From the IMG/VR virus record IMGVR_UViG_3300032296_003714, positions 1-64,000 of that record: DNA of 64,000 nucleotides; one strand, 5' to 3'. Below, piece by piece: positions 19,370-29,628 of the stretch (the first letter of the stretch is position 1; every line of letters starts with the position of its first letter). The position numbers and the translations under genes were made by a program. A model generated the notes under the pieces. The model was not told the DNA's origin, did not search any database, and saw nothing but the letters and a program-made list of their open reading frames with translations. The DNA is from a virus.

Positions 19370-20172
19370 TAATTGGTTTGTGGTTCATATTTTATGGCTC
19401 TATCGTCCACAAAGAAATATTCTTTCTTTGCAGTTTGAATCCAAAATTTAACTTCATCATCCAACATTTTTTCATTTGAGTTTTTATAATTCCAAAAGAT
19501 AGAACCTTCTCTCAAATTAAGATGTTTATATCCTAACCTTGGTATTGTCATAATTGACACTGAATTATAAGTTAGTCTTAATAGAAACTCATAAACGAAT
19601 GTTAGTTTTATTGATGGCTTAAAACCACCGAAATCTTCTATTACTTGTTTTTTATAAACCGCACCTGCTGTTTGGAAGTTTTGATATGTATGTAATGTTT
19701 CGTTAGTAAGGTATCCCATCTCTTGGCTAAAATTAGCTGCAAAAGTCGCTTCATTTGTAAATCCTGCAAATACACCTTTCTCATCAACATCAACTACAAC
19801 AGGTAAAAAAACCTGTACATTTGGAAACGACTGAATGTATTTTTTTACATTTCTAAACCATATAGCGGAATATTCGTCATCGAATTCAAAGAACGAAACC
19901 CACTCTCCTGTTGATGATTTCACACCCTCGTTTATTTGGTCTCCATAATTAGGAGTTTTATTATAGGGGACCTTTTTTACTTCCAATTCTCCAAAATCAA
20001 AAGAATTCAAAAATGATGTTAGTTGTTCTTCCATTGTGTGAACAATAACTAATTCTTTAGGTTTCACATCATTGGTCTTTATTGAGTCTATAGCCTTTTT
20101 AAAGAAATCTTCAAAGTTTTTAACAACAGAGGATTTAATAGGTAAAATTATTGATAGTGATAAATTATCCAT
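19369..20172 (-). CDS. Glycosyltransferase, GT-A/GT2-like
   Basis: LSIILPI, INEGVK.STGEWVSFFEFDD (xDD motif). Confidence 0.8.
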   Translation of the reverse strand: MDNLSLSIILPIKSSVVKNFEDFFKKAIDSIKTNDVKPKELVIVHTMEEQLTSFLNSFDFGELEVKKVPYNKTPNYGDQINEGVKSSTGEWVSFFEFDDEYSAIWFRNVKKYIQSFPNVQVFLPVVVDVDEKGVFAGFTNEATFAANFSQEMGYLTNETLHTYQNFQTAGAVYKKQVIEDFGGFKPSIKLTFVYEFLLRLTYNSVSIMTIPRLGYKHLNLREGSIFWNYKNSNEKMLDDEVKFWIQTAKKEYFFVDDRAIKYEPQTN

Positions 20173-20173
20173 A

Positions 20174-21229
20174 TTATTCGTCAATTTTTGATATTTGAGA
20201 CTCGAAAGCTTCAAGTCTTATGTTTATATATTTACTAAATAACTCAACAGCGTCAGAGTTAAATTTTTCTTGTTTTTTATATTCATCTGCAGTTGATTTC
20301 ATTGCGTCGTATATCTCAGGTTTAATGTTATCCTCCAGCCAATTTTGTGCAAAATCGGCAATAAAGTCAGGCATCAAGACTAAGTCATCGACCCAAATAC
20401 CATTATCTTCCTTAATCCATACAGGAGGTAAATCAGGTAACAAACCAATTACAGGTACACCTGAAGCCATCGATTCTAACGGAAAAGTTCCAAACCCGCT
20501 TTCTCTATCTACCCAAACGCTGAGAAAACACTCCTTTAAAGCGTTTGAAAATTCCTTCTCTGACATTCCTCTCATATCTTTGAAAGTGAACCATCTGTAT
20601 TGTGGAAATTTGAGATAAAAAGTTTTTATAATATTGATTGTATCTGATTGTTCTCTTGAATGAACGGCTATTACTGGCATCTTAGGTATTCCATTATCAG
20701 AAAAAACTTCACTTATTACCGGTTCCAATATATCAACACTAATACCTCTCATAACCGATTCAATATATTCTTTTTGTTTTTCACCTGTTGTAATACTTTT
20801 GTAAAATCCAAATTGGTTCCATGTTTGACCAGGTTGTAAGGTTTCCAACATGTACTTATATGATTGTGTGATTACAATTTTTGCACATGGCATGTCTTTA
20901 ATTTGTTCCATGACATAACCGAAAATTTCGGGTAAGATTATAAAATCTTCAGGTGAAATTTCTAAATTTTGTTGTTCCAAAGATTTGTGTGGGATTTCTG
21001 TCATATATTCCTCACCAAGCCATTTACCTACACCAAAATAATCGTTTTTTTCATGTAAAATTATCGGATTGAATCCTTCTTTTTTTAATACCATTGCAAT
21101 TTGGTATATATACCTGATAGAACCCTTTGCATTTCCTTTGGTATCTTGTACCATAAAATACAATCTACATTTTTTATTCTTAAGGTTATCTATAGATATT
21201 AGAACTTTTTCTTTGAGATTTTTTTCCAT
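20174..21229 (-). CDS. Glycosyltransferase, GT-B/GT4-like
   Basis: ESGFGTFPLESMASGVPVIG GT4 C-terminal signature. Confidence 0.8.
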   Translation of the reverse strand: MEKNLKEKVLISIDNLKNKKCRLYFMVQDTKGNAKGSIRYIYQIAMVLKKEGFNPIILHEKNDYFGVGKWLGEEYMTEIPHKSLEQQNLEISPEDFIILPEIFGYVMEQIKDMPCAKIVITQSYKYMLETLQPGQTWNQFGFYKSITTGEKQKEYIESVMRGISVDILEPVISEVFSDNGIPKMPVIAVHSREQSDTINIIKTFYLKFPQYRWFTFKDMRGMSEKEFSNALKECFLSVWVDRESGFGTFPLESMASGVPVIGLLPDLPPVWIKEDNGIWVDDLVLMPDFIADFAQNWLEDNIKPEIYDAMKSTADEYKKQEKFNSDAVELFSKYINIRLEAFESQISKIDE

Positions 21230-21230
21230 A

Positions 21231-21512
21231 TTAATAGTGATTGATTAATTTTTTGTTTAGTAATGAGTTGAAGGCTATTTTGAAAGGTACTGATATTGAG
21301 CTTGAAGAGCTTTTTAGACCTAACTTATCATCCATTTCAACATCCTCCGAAAGAACAACATCTAGTAATAATTTAACCAATTCAAATTTGATTAAATTAA
21401 CTTTTGCTTCAATTTGACCACTTTCAGGGGATACTTCAGTTTCTCCCATGTCAAGATATTTTTCGATTTCATCCAAATCGATAAAATAATTTTCATTTAA
21501 AACTTCGAGCAT
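21231..21512 (-). CDS. Hypothetical protein
   Basis: 93-aa ORF in operon. Confidence 0.6.
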   Translation of the reverse strand: MLEVLNENYFIDLDEIEKYLDMGETEVSPESGQIEAKVNLIKFELVKLLLDVVLSEDVEMDDKLGLKSSSSSISVPFKIAFNSLLNKKLINHY

Positions 21513-22098
21513 AAATTTCTGTAATTTTTTGTTTTAATTCTTTGATGTTTTTAATCTCATATTCCACCTCTATATCTTTATTATATTCTGTAATATACTT
21601 TATAATAATCTTATCCGAAGGTTTATTCAATAGTAAATCAGGATTAGCCGTAAGTAAAACGTCTATTGAGTCCCACAATTGATTTTTAGTTTGTTCAGAA
21701 TAAAATTTTATATTTTCTACCAAACAACCAAATTTCGATAAAAAAAATAAAGATGCTGGTTTTGATTTACCAATCTCATCTGAAACAACAATGATATCAC
21801 AGGTATCTCTCATGTCCAAATAAAAGTCATTTAAATCATTCATCGATGTCATTTCTACAGAACCGGCATGACCAAATATTTCCATGGTATGCTCATTGTA
21901 TAAAAAATCGTATAGTGAGTCATCATCTTTGAATTTTAGATGACTTTTGATGTCTAATGTAGTTACGGGGGAAATTACATCATACTCAAAATCATCCTCA
22001 TTTTCTACAGGATTATCTATATACCATCTTTCGTAAATTTGTTCTATACGTAATAATGTATTTCTTAACACGTTATTTATTTCTATACCGATTCTCAT
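21493..22098 (-). CDS. 5'(3')-deoxyribonucleotidase-like HAD-fold protein with degenerate active site
   Basis: MRIGIEINNVLRN in place of IGIDxDGVL; C-terminal pattern of NT5C family. Confidence 0.55.
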   Translation of the reverse strand: MRIGIEINNVLRNTLLRIEQIYERWYIDNPVENEDDFEYDVISPVTTLDIKSHLKFKDDDSLYDFLYNEHTMEIFGHAGSVEMTSMNDLNDFYLDMRDTCDIIVVSDEIGKSKPASLFFLSKFGCLVENIKFYSEQTKNQLWDSIDVLLTANPDLLLNKPSDKIIIKYITEYNKDIEVEYEIKNIKELKQKITEIYARSFK

Positions 22099-22829
22099 TC
22101 TTCGTATTTTTTCAATATTTCGGTGATTAGTGGATTCCTAACAACATCTTTTTGTTCAAATTCGTGTATACCAATATCCCTCATTCCTACAAACTTTTGA
22201 ATTGCATCATACAATCCACTGTGTGTTTTATCTTTATATCTGTCGGTTTGTTCAAGGTCACCCGAAATAAAAAATTTAGAATTGAACCCAATTCTTGTCA
22301 TTAACAATTTCATTTGGTTTGGTGTTGAGTTTTGAGCTTCCTCGAAAATTAATATTGAATTATCAATATTCATACCTCTCATGTATGCCAACGCAAATAC
22401 CTCTATTGCTTCAATTTCTTTTAATTTTTCTCTATTTTCTTTACCGATAATTTTATTCAAAAGATAGTAAGATGGAAAAATGTACGGGTCCAATTTTTCT
22501 TCAACATTGCCTGGTAGAGAACCCAATTTTTCTTCAGCTTCTACTGCAGGTCTTACAATTATAATTTTTTCATATGGTGTTGTGGGGTCTGATAATAAAT
22601 CTATTGCAGATTTCATTGCAATATAACTTTTACCAACACCAGCAGGACCTGAACATATTGTAATTTGATTGTTTATTAGCTTATCATAGTATATTCTTTG
22701 ACTCTCAGAAAGAAATTTTTCCTTTGTTTTCTTTTTTATTATTGAACAAATTAAATCTTTTTTTGTCTTTATTACTCTCTCATCGCTAGATTGAGTTACT
22801 GATGAATTACTCCTCGAAGTTTTACCCAT
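22095..22829 (-). CDS. phoH: PhoH-family ATPase
   Basis: GPAGVGKS, RPAVEAEEKLGSLPG, LAYMRG, EEAQN, GDLEQTD, DVVRNPL. Confidence 0.95.
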   Translation of the reverse strand: MGKTSRSNSSVTQSSDERVIKTKKDLICSIIKKKTKEKFLSESQRIYYDKLINNQITICSGPAGVGKSYIAMKSAIDLLSDPTTPYEKIIIVRPAVEAEEKLGSLPGNVEEKLDPYIFPSYYLLNKIIGKENREKLKEIEAIEVFALAYMRGMNIDNSILIFEEAQNSTPNQMKLLMTRIGFNSKFFISGDLEQTDRYKDKTHSGLYDAIQKFVGMRDIGIHEFEQKDVVRNPLITEILKKYEE

Positions 22830-22840
22830 AATTTCATTTA

Positions 22841-23935
22841 TTAGTTTATTATTGTTTCAACAAATTTTAATGCCGATTCTATGACCTTATCCATATCATA
22901 GTATTTATACTCCGCAAGTCTACCACCAAAATATACATTTGGATTTTCTTTAGACTTTTCTCTATACGCAAAATAGAGTTCATTGTTTACTTTATCGTTT
23001 ACCGGATAATATGGTTCAGTTGTATTTGGTTTATAAATTTCAGGATATTCCCAAGTCACCCATGTTGAGTCTGATTCAGAATTTTCAAAATGTTTGTGTT
23101 CGATTGTTCTTGTATAAGGAATTGCTACGTCCGTATAATTCATAACAGGAGTTCCTTGGTAATTATCAACTTTGAATAATTTATGTTTAAATTCTGTTGT
23201 TTTGTATTCTAAATACCCCAATGAATAATTATGAAACCTATCTATCGGTCCTGTATAAATTACTTTTTCGGATAAAGAATCAAACGATTCTTTATTTTCC
23301 AAATAGTCAACATTTAGTTTAACTTCAATTCCTTCCAATAATTTTTCAAAAATTTTTGTATATCCGCCTATTGGTATTCCTTGATATTTGTCATTAAAAT
23401 AATTGTTATCGTATGTGAACCTAACGGGTAATCTTTTTATTATTTCAGGAGGTAATTCTTTCGGATGTTTTTTCCATTGTTTTTGAGTATATCCCTTTAT
23501 CAGTTTTTCGTATACCTCAATCCCAACAAATTTTATTGCCTGTTCTTCTAAATTTTTTGGTTCTTCTATTCCTATCCCTTGACTTGATATAATTATTCTA
23601 GCCTCTTCGGGCGTGGTTATTCCCCATAATTTAGAAAAAGTCCACATATTAAACGGTAATGAAAATATATCTCCTTTATAATTTGCAACTGGACTCAACC
23701 TAAAATTATTAAATGATGTAAATTGATTAATCCAGTTCCAAACTTCATCATTTGATGTGTGAAAAATGTGAGGACCATATATGTGGACATTAATACTATC
23801 TCTGTTTTCAGTGTAACAGTTACCACCAATATGATTTCTAGATTCTATTACCAAAACTTTTTTTCCAATCCTATTTAATTCGTATGCACATATTGAACCA
23901 AAAAAACCTGCACCCACAATAGTATAGTCGTACAT
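22841..23935 (-). CDS. glf: UDP-galactopyranose mutase
   Basis: IVGAGFFG, HIGGNCY, YGPHIFHT, GYTQKQW, RLPVRFTYDNNYFND.YQGIP, GRLAEYKYYDMD. Confidence 0.96.
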   Translation of the reverse strand: MYDYTIVGAGFFGSICAYELNRIGKKVLVIESRNHIGGNCYTENRDSINVHIYGPHIFHTSNDEVWNWINQFTSFNNFRLSPVANYKGDIFSLPFNMWTFSKLWGITTPEEARIIISSQGIGIEEPKNLEEQAIKFVGIEVYEKLIKGYTQKQWKKHPKELPPEIIKRLPVRFTYDNNYFNDKYQGIPIGGYTKIFEKLLEGIEVKLNVDYLENKESFDSLSEKVIYTGPIDRFHNYSLGYLEYKTTEFKHKLFKVDNYQGTPVMNYTDVAIPYTRTIEHKHFENSESDSTWVTWEYPEIYKPNTTEPYYPVNDKVNNELYFAYREKSKENPNVYFGGRLAEYKYYDMDKVIESALKFVETIIN

Positions 23936-23937
23936 AA

Positions 23938-24516
23938 TTATGATTTTTGTATTAAAAGCTGTTCTCCTTGAGTAATTATTTTTAATTCATTTGAATATTC
24001 ACCAAGGAATTTATTTATACCTAGTTTAGTATCTTTCCAAAGAAAATCATCAAATAAAATGTACCCATCTTTTTTACATAAATCAAAACATTTTACTGCG
24101 TCAATATATGCAGACTCCGGTCTATGGTCACCATCTATATATATGAATGAAAAATTCTTACCAAAATCACTTTGTAACTTGTCATAAACATTAAAACTTA
24201 AATCTCTATATAAGATAATTTTGCCCGATGTGATATGTTCTTGAGTATTGTTTATAAATCTATCATATTGACCCTCAAAAAAACTATATTCAGTTTTATT
24301 TAATTCAACATCAGTATTAGTTAGATTATTGTTAAGATAATTATCAGTCAAAGGGTCAACGCAAACCAAGACATCATCACCGCTCATTAGTTTTTCAACA
24401 ATGTGGTTAGAAGTTAAGCCTTCAAAACAACCAATCTCTAAACACAAACTAAAGTCCTTTACGTGATTTACATTATTAGTAAATTGTGTATTCCAATTTT
24501 TAGTATAGTTTTTCAT
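23938..24516 (-). CDS. Class I SAM methyltransferase (Methyltransf_24-like)
   Basis: LEIGCFEG, FIYIDGDH, ILFDD. Confidence 0.85.
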   Translation of the reverse strand: MKNYTKNWNTQFTNNVNHVKDFSLCLEIGCFEGLTSNHIVEKLMSGDDVLVCVDPLTDNYLNNNLTNTDVELNKTEYSFFEGQYDRFINNTQEHITSGKIILYRDLSFNVYDKLQSDFGKNFSFIYIDGDHRPESAYIDAVKCFDLCKKDGYILFDDFLWKDTKLGINKFLGEYSNELKIITQGEQLLIQKS

Positions 24517-25172
24517 TAAATTTTTTCACAAACAAAAAGACCAAAACCATTCCAGTATTCTGACGGCCCGTTACTTTCTTGAAAAGAAATTCTTTCAATT
24601 TTTTTATGGATAATTAATCCACTTTCTTTAAACCCATCGTAGGTTCCTCTTTGTACTCTTTCCCATAAACCATCATTTCTCCAATCATCAATCATGATTA
24701 TAGAGTATTTTGATAAAAATTTTGAAAAATGGGTTATTGCCATTTTATGAGATTCATATTTGTGACAACCATCATACAAATATAAATCGATACTGTTATA
24801 GAATTGTTTTATGTCTGACTCTGTTATCTCAAAAGAATCTTTTTCTATAAAATTATATTTTTGATTCGGGCAATATTTTTCCACATTATTAATAAAATCA
24901 TTTTTTGGTCCTTTAAATTCGGACCAATTGTCAACAGCAATTGAATTTATGCTGTTTTTATAAAGTGAAGATACAAAACTTGACCCTTTATAGGTACCTA
25001 TTTCCAAATAATTTGCGTTATCAATACTACATATATTATTATACAAATGTCTTGTTTTTTCACCCGACATTCCTTCAATAGATAATATTTCATTTGACAA
25101 TTTTGAATATCTATTATTTGAATTTTCAAAAGAACGCTCAGCATGATTTATTAAAAATTCTAATTCAAACAT
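24516..25172 (-). CDS. Class I SAM methyltransferase (Methyltransf_24-like)
   Basis: YLEIGTYKGSS, YLYDGCH, IMIDDW. Confidence 0.85.
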   Translation of the reverse strand: MFELEFLINHAERSFENSNNRYSKLSNEILSIEGMSGEKTRHLYNNICSIDNANYLEIGTYKGSSFVSSLYKNSINSIAVDNWSEFKGPKNDFINNVEKYCPNQKYNFIEKDSFEITESDIKQFYNSIDLYLYDGCHKYESHKMAITHFSKFLSKYSIIMIDDWRNDGLWERVQRGTYDGFKESGLIIHKKIERISFQESNGPSEYWNGFGLFVCEKI

Positions 25173-25965
25173 AATTCATTATTTTTTCTTTTATAAAACT
25201 TTTCCAATATGATAATTTTAATTTTTCTAAATTAAAATGTTGGTTGGAAATTTCTTCATATTTTTTATTTAAAAATTCTTTGTTTATTTCCGACCAATCA
25301 TCTATAAATAAGATAGGTAAATCTTGACAAATGTCATGTGTTCTGAATTTCTCAATAATAGGAATTGACCCAAGATATAGTGTTTCCCATAATCTATGTG
25401 TGTCAATACCGTTACCTCTAGGACACAGCACAAATTTGGATTTCTTTATTTCTGTTAAATATTTAATTCTTCCCTCCATATTAAAATTCATTTCTCCAAA
25501 ACGAACCCAATCATGAATCTTAAATTTTAAAAAAAGTTTATTTCTAAGTTTTGGATAAGTCGTTGTTGAAAAATTCAGGTATAACAAATATTCTTTTTCG
25601 ACATTTTCGTTTCTAACATCAATCAATGTTTCCTTATCACCTATGACACTTAAAATTTTTAGTTCATCATCATTGTTAGGTATTCCTAAAGGAAGACTAA
25701 ACGTATTTTTGTTATCAGAAAGATTGTTAACACAAAAAACTTTTTTGAATTTGATTGAAATATCATCAGTAATCGGGTAATCAGAATGTGAAATAATTAC
25801 ATTTTCTTTTAATGTTTCAGGATGTAATTTACCCCTCCAGTTAAATTTTCCAATTTTAAAAAAATCAGTTTTGACATGACATAACGAATCTGAAAATTCT
25901 TGCGCAATTTCTATATATCCATCAGTTGTAATAATATCGCTAACAGTTAATTTCAAATTATACAT
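25165..25965 (-). CDS. Exostosin-like glycosyltransferase (GT47-like)
   Basis: SKFVLCPRGNGIDTHRLWETLYLGSIPI motif. Confidence 0.8.
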   Translation of the reverse strand: MYNLKLTVSDIITTDGYIEIAQEFSDSLCHVKTDFFKIGKFNWRGKLHPETLKENVIISHSDYPITDDISIKFKKVFCVNNLSDNKNTFSLPLGIPNNDDELKILSVIGDKETLIDVRNENVEKEYLLYLNFSTTTYPKLRNKLFLKFKIHDWVRFGEMNFNMEGRIKYLTEIKKSKFVLCPRGNGIDTHRLWETLYLGSIPIIEKFRTHDICQDLPILFIDDWSEINKEFLNKKYEEISNQHFNLEKLKLSYWKSFIKEKIMNYV

Positions 25966-26668
25966 TATATTTTCTATTGTATGTATCCATTAGTTCCTCA
26001 TTAACATAATGAAATGTTATTACATTCTCATCACTTTCATATTTTTCCCACTTATTATATAGTAATTTTTCGTGAGTGTCCCACCATAAATTATCATTAG
26101 GTATTAATTTAACTTTACAATTCCTCAACCAAAATCCTAAACTTACATCACCAAACGTTGACCATGGTATATTGGTGCATGTTGATAAATAATTCTGAAC
26201 CGCAAGACATCCTGCTTGGGATATGATAAACCCAGAACCTCCACTAGCGTAATATAATGGTAAAGTTGTTCTATCTCCTTTTATTGCAGAAACATTAGTT
26301 CCGGTATAATTACCCCACATATCCGTAGCATCTGAATTCAAACACAATAATCGGACAATTGCAAATAAATTGTCTTTATCAGGAGATTCTAAATTATCTA
26401 AATTTTTTAAATTTACAAAAGTATCATCATCACAGAAGAAAAAGAAATCAGATTTAGTAAAATCATATTTTTTGAAAAATGATTGGTACTTATCCTGAAT
26501 TCCCAAATAATTGAGAGGTGTGTCATATCCGATTACATCTTCAATATCGGATTTACTGTCTGTCAAAAATTTTAAATTTTGTCCTTTTCCCCAAGTCTTT
26601 CTAATGGATTCTGCTCTTGTATTTAAATACTTGTCAGCAGTTAGAACTATAAATTCAACATTTTTCAT
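25958..26668 (-). CDS. Fringe/galactosyltransferase-like glycosyltransferase (GT31-like)
   Basis: IRKTWG, FFFCDDDTFVN, YASGGSGFIIS, DVSLGFWL, ITFHY. Confidence 0.82.
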   Translation of the reverse strand: MKNVEFIVLTADKYLNTRAESIRKTWGKGQNLKFLTDSKSDIEDVIGYDTPLNYLGIQDKYQSFFKKYDFTKSDFFFFCDDDTFVNLKNLDNLESPDKDNLFAIVRLLCLNSDATDMWGNYTGTNVSAIKGDRTTLPLYYASGGSGFIISQAGCLAVQNYLSTCTNIPWSTFGDVSLGFWLRNCKVKLIPNDNLWWDTHEKLLYNKWEKYESDENVITFHYVNEELMDTYNRKYNV

Positions 26669-27462
26669 TTTACCGGAACTTTAGATAATATTGATTCGAT
26701 AAGTTCTGAATACATTTCGTAGGGCCTTGGTGCGTGCAAGTCTATATAACCACCTAACTCTAGCTTTTTTGTATCATAAACCATTGATGACCTATCGATT
26801 CTCGGATATGATTGGTCTTTTGGTTGAAGTTCTACCAAAACTTCAGAATCTCTTAGGAGATATCCTGTATACATTTCTTCACAACAAAACCAACCATAAT
26901 CGGATGATGCTTGTTGGTTTGCTTTATTTGAAGGAATCCCGTTAAATTGGATTCCCCATTTGTTTGATTTGTATATTTCATTACAAACATCATCAAAGGT
27001 TTTTCCTATAAAATTTAATTCAGATTCAAATGTCTTTCCTTTTGCAACGTGAAAGTAACCGGCCAAACCGTTTATCTTTTCTCTCCAATCTTTTCCATAT
27101 GCGTATGGAAATAAATGAACATATGCGTTTTCATCAATATCTAAAAGTTCCTCTTTGAAATGATATTGTTGCAAAGGGTATAGGTCTAAATCCCCAATTA
27201 ACCAAGTTGTTTCAGGTTCAGTTTTTGTAAAATAAAACTTTCCTATGAGTGCTTGTATTATTGTGGGTATGTTTTCTATTTTTTTTATTAAAACAATTTC
27301 CCCATTAGTACTATCATAAGCTGATACGTCAACATTATCACCAATGATAAATAAAACAGGAGTCATTCCCATTCTATTTTTAAAATGATTACTTATCGAG
27401 GACCAAAACCCTTTATAATGTGGGTTATCGTCTATTGTGAATATAACTTTTTCTATTTTCAT
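26665..27462 (-). CDS. Putative glycosyltransferase (GT-A fold)
   Basis: WLIGDLDLYPL DxD motif, YIDLHAPRP; within GT operon. Confidence 0.55.
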   Translation of the reverse strand: MKIEKVIFTIDDNPHYKGFWSSISNHFKNRMGMTPVLFIIGDNVDVSAYDSTNGEIVLIKKIENIPTIIQALIGKFYFTKTEPETTWLIGDLDLYPLQQYHFKEELLDIDENAYVHLFPYAYGKDWREKINGLAGYFHVAKGKTFESELNFIGKTFDDVCNEIYKSNKWGIQFNGIPSNKANQQASSDYGWFCCEEMYTGYLLRDSEVLVELQPKDQSYPRIDRSSMVYDTKKLELGGYIDLHAPRPYEMYSELIESILSKVPVK

Positions 27463-27464
27463 AA

Positions 27465-28121
27465 TTATAATATTTTATAATCATCAGTTAGTGGTTTTTC
27501 ATTTACATCTATTCTTTCACCAATAAATCTACCGTATTCTCTTTGTATTGGAAATGGTTTTTTTTCAAAAAAATCATCATGAGTACATCTATCGTTTTTT
27601 AATTCGGAGTAAACCATTTTTAAAAATGTCTGGTCATTACCATAATTGTGTACTTTTGATTTACTAAAATTATAAATCATTTCTGTTAATGGTAGCACAC
27701 CTGATTTTATACCCCACATTCCACCTAATATACCCAACTGATTATTTCCTGCCGGTATTCTATGATAAGGATGGTCTCTCATTACATGTAATGATTTACC
27801 ACTTTTAATCCATTCATCTACAGCCAAAGACTCTCGTAAACTTATTCTAGAATCCGCATCTCGAAAAATTGCATATTTACAATCATGCAAATCTACGGCA
27901 AAAAATCTCCAAAACATTCCATAGATAGATTTATCTAAAAATAATCTTGTTTCAATATTTCTATTTTGAAGTTCTTTTATTGTATTTGTTGGTACTGAAT
28001 CGTCAAAGAAAACTATCATTTTCCAATTTGGATAAAACTGTTCCATTAATTCGGCGTTTCTAATTATTCCCACATTATAAATTGGATTTTCACCCCATAA
28101 ACTAAAACTAACGTAATTCAT
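27465..28121 (-). CDS. Putative glycosyltransferase (GT-A fold)
   Basis: VSFSLWG, MFWRF, FRDADSR, MRDHP.H, ILGGMWG, DQ.FL motifs. Confidence 0.65.
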   Translation of the reverse strand: MNYVSFSLWGENPIYNVGIIRNAELMEQFYPNWKMIVFFDDSVPTNTIKELQNRNIETRLFLDKSIYGMFWRFFAVDLHDCKYAIFRDADSRISLRESLAVDEWIKSGKSLHVMRDHPYHRIPAGNNQLGILGGMWGIKSGVLPLTEMIYNFSKSKVHNYGNDQTFLKMVYSELKNDRCTHDDFFEKKPFPIQREYGRFIGERIDVNEKPLTDDYKIL

Positions 28122-28132
28122 ATTAAAACAAA

Positions 28133-28882
28133 TTAAAAAATAGAAATGTCGCTACCACCTAAAACTTTTCTCATGAAAAAATATCCTTCATCTTTTAGTT
28201 TTTTAATTAAACTTTCGGTTATTTCCTTAGGTTTATAAGATGACGGCATAGTATGGTTATTACCATTCCAATCAACAAATGTTAAACTTTTATTTATAAC
28301 AAAAGAATCATTTAATAAATTTAAATGATTTAAAAATGTAACATAAGAATGTTCTTCAGGATGAGGAGAGTAATTAAAAATGTCTTTTAAAACAGAAATA
28401 TTATTTTTAAATAACTTAGAATGTTCTCTATTCAAAATAACCCATTGTGAGCTGATATACCAATTATCAGATGTCCAATTATAGAGATTGTTAATTAATT
28501 TCATTCTTTGTAAGAAATAAGGTATGTTAGCATTACCGTATCCTATTATTGAGTAGTTTTCTTTACCTGAAAAATAAAAATACATTTCCTCAAAGCTACA
28601 TATCGGTATTGTAGTTTCAGAAACCAAAATAAAGTGTTTGTTGTCTTCATCTTTTAATGCCTCGTTAAAAAGCAATTGTTGGGCCTCCACTAAACTAAAA
28701 GACCCCCATGCAGTTTCTATAGAATCAATTTGAAATTCAGAGAATTTATTGTGGGTGAAATCAGGTTTCGCATGGAAATACAAACTATATTTGTCTTTAT
28801 CCGCTGAACTAAAAAAAGTATCCCAAAGTTTTTCTTGTGTTAATTCTTTCTGTGTAAGAAATAAAAAGGCAATCTTATTCAT
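28133..28882 (-). CDS. Core-2/I-branching beta-1,6-GlcNAc-transferase-like (GT14/Branch)
   Basis: KIAFLFLT, YSLYFH, TAWGSFSLVEA..LL..AL, FILVSE..IP, SQWVILNREH, EEHSY.T, TFVDW, FFMRK. Confidence 0.85.
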   Translation of the reverse strand: MNKIAFLFLTQKELTQEKLWDTFFSSADKDKYSLYFHAKPDFTHNKFSEFQIDSIETAWGSFSLVEAQQLLFNEALKDEDNKHFILVSETTIPICSFEEMYFYFSGKENYSIIGYGNANIPYFLQRMKLINNLYNWTSDNWYISSQWVILNREHSKLFKNNISVLKDIFNYSPHPEEHSYVTFLNHLNLLNDSFVINKSLTFVDWNGNNHTMPSSYKPKEITESLIKKLKDEGYFFMRKVLGGSDISIF

Positions 28883-29628
28883 TTTAAATAACTATATAAC
28901 ATTTTAGCTCTTTCAGGAGGTAAGGGGGAAGTACCATGAGAGTTTAGTTGAACATGTATCATTAAATTCCTTGTTAAGAATACTTTGAGATTCTCTTTAA
29001 AATAATAGAAACTTAAGGACCTTTCATGCATATGTCCGCAATATTGGCTTTGACTAATATCGTCAATAAAGTTACAGAACCAATCTATATAGTTTTTAAG
29101 AACTTCTGTTCTCCATGTTGAATTGCTTGATGAACTCCACAACATTTGTGGGTTAGATTTCTCAAGTTCATGTATGTATTCCGCAATATTATACCCAAAC
29201 TTTTTTTCTATAGAATCAACAAGTTCTTTGGTATATTGAGTTTGAGTAAGATACACAATATCGTTAACAAACATTGGGAAGTATCCTACAAAGTCAAAAT
29301 CCTTTTTTAACATTTCTTTGTTTATTTCAGGAAATTCGGGGACATAATGTATATCATATTCGAACAAATTAACATATTCACAATCCAAATATCCATTTTT
29401 ATATAATGCATACCATCCAGTAAACGATGTTAATTTTGGTAAATGCTCTATGTTGTCCTCCAAATTCCTGGCGATAATAACATTCTCAAGATGTTCTATT
29501 TTATCACAAGGTCTATTTCCTAAAAACACATATTTAAACCCTTCTAGCGTTTGAAATCTATTTTTCTCAACAAAATCTAATAGGATTTCTTGGTCATGTA
29601 TGAATACAAAATTCAATAAAGTTTTCAT
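28879..29628 (-). CDS. Putative glycosyltransferase
   Basis: VNLFEYD, HMHER motifs; in GT operon. Confidence 0.5.
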   Translation of the reverse strand: MKTLLNFVFIHDQEILLDFVEKNRFQTLEGFKYVFLGNRPCDKIEHLENVIIARNLEDNIEHLPKLTSFTGWYALYKNGYLDCEYVNLFEYDIHYVPEFPEINKEMLKKDFDFVGYFPMFVNDIVYLTQTQYTKELVDSIEKKFGYNIAEYIHELEKSNPQMLWSSSSNSTWRTEVLKNYIDWFCNFIDDISQSQYCGHMHERSLSFYYFKENLKVFLTRNLMIHVQLNSHGTSPLPPERAKMLYSYLK

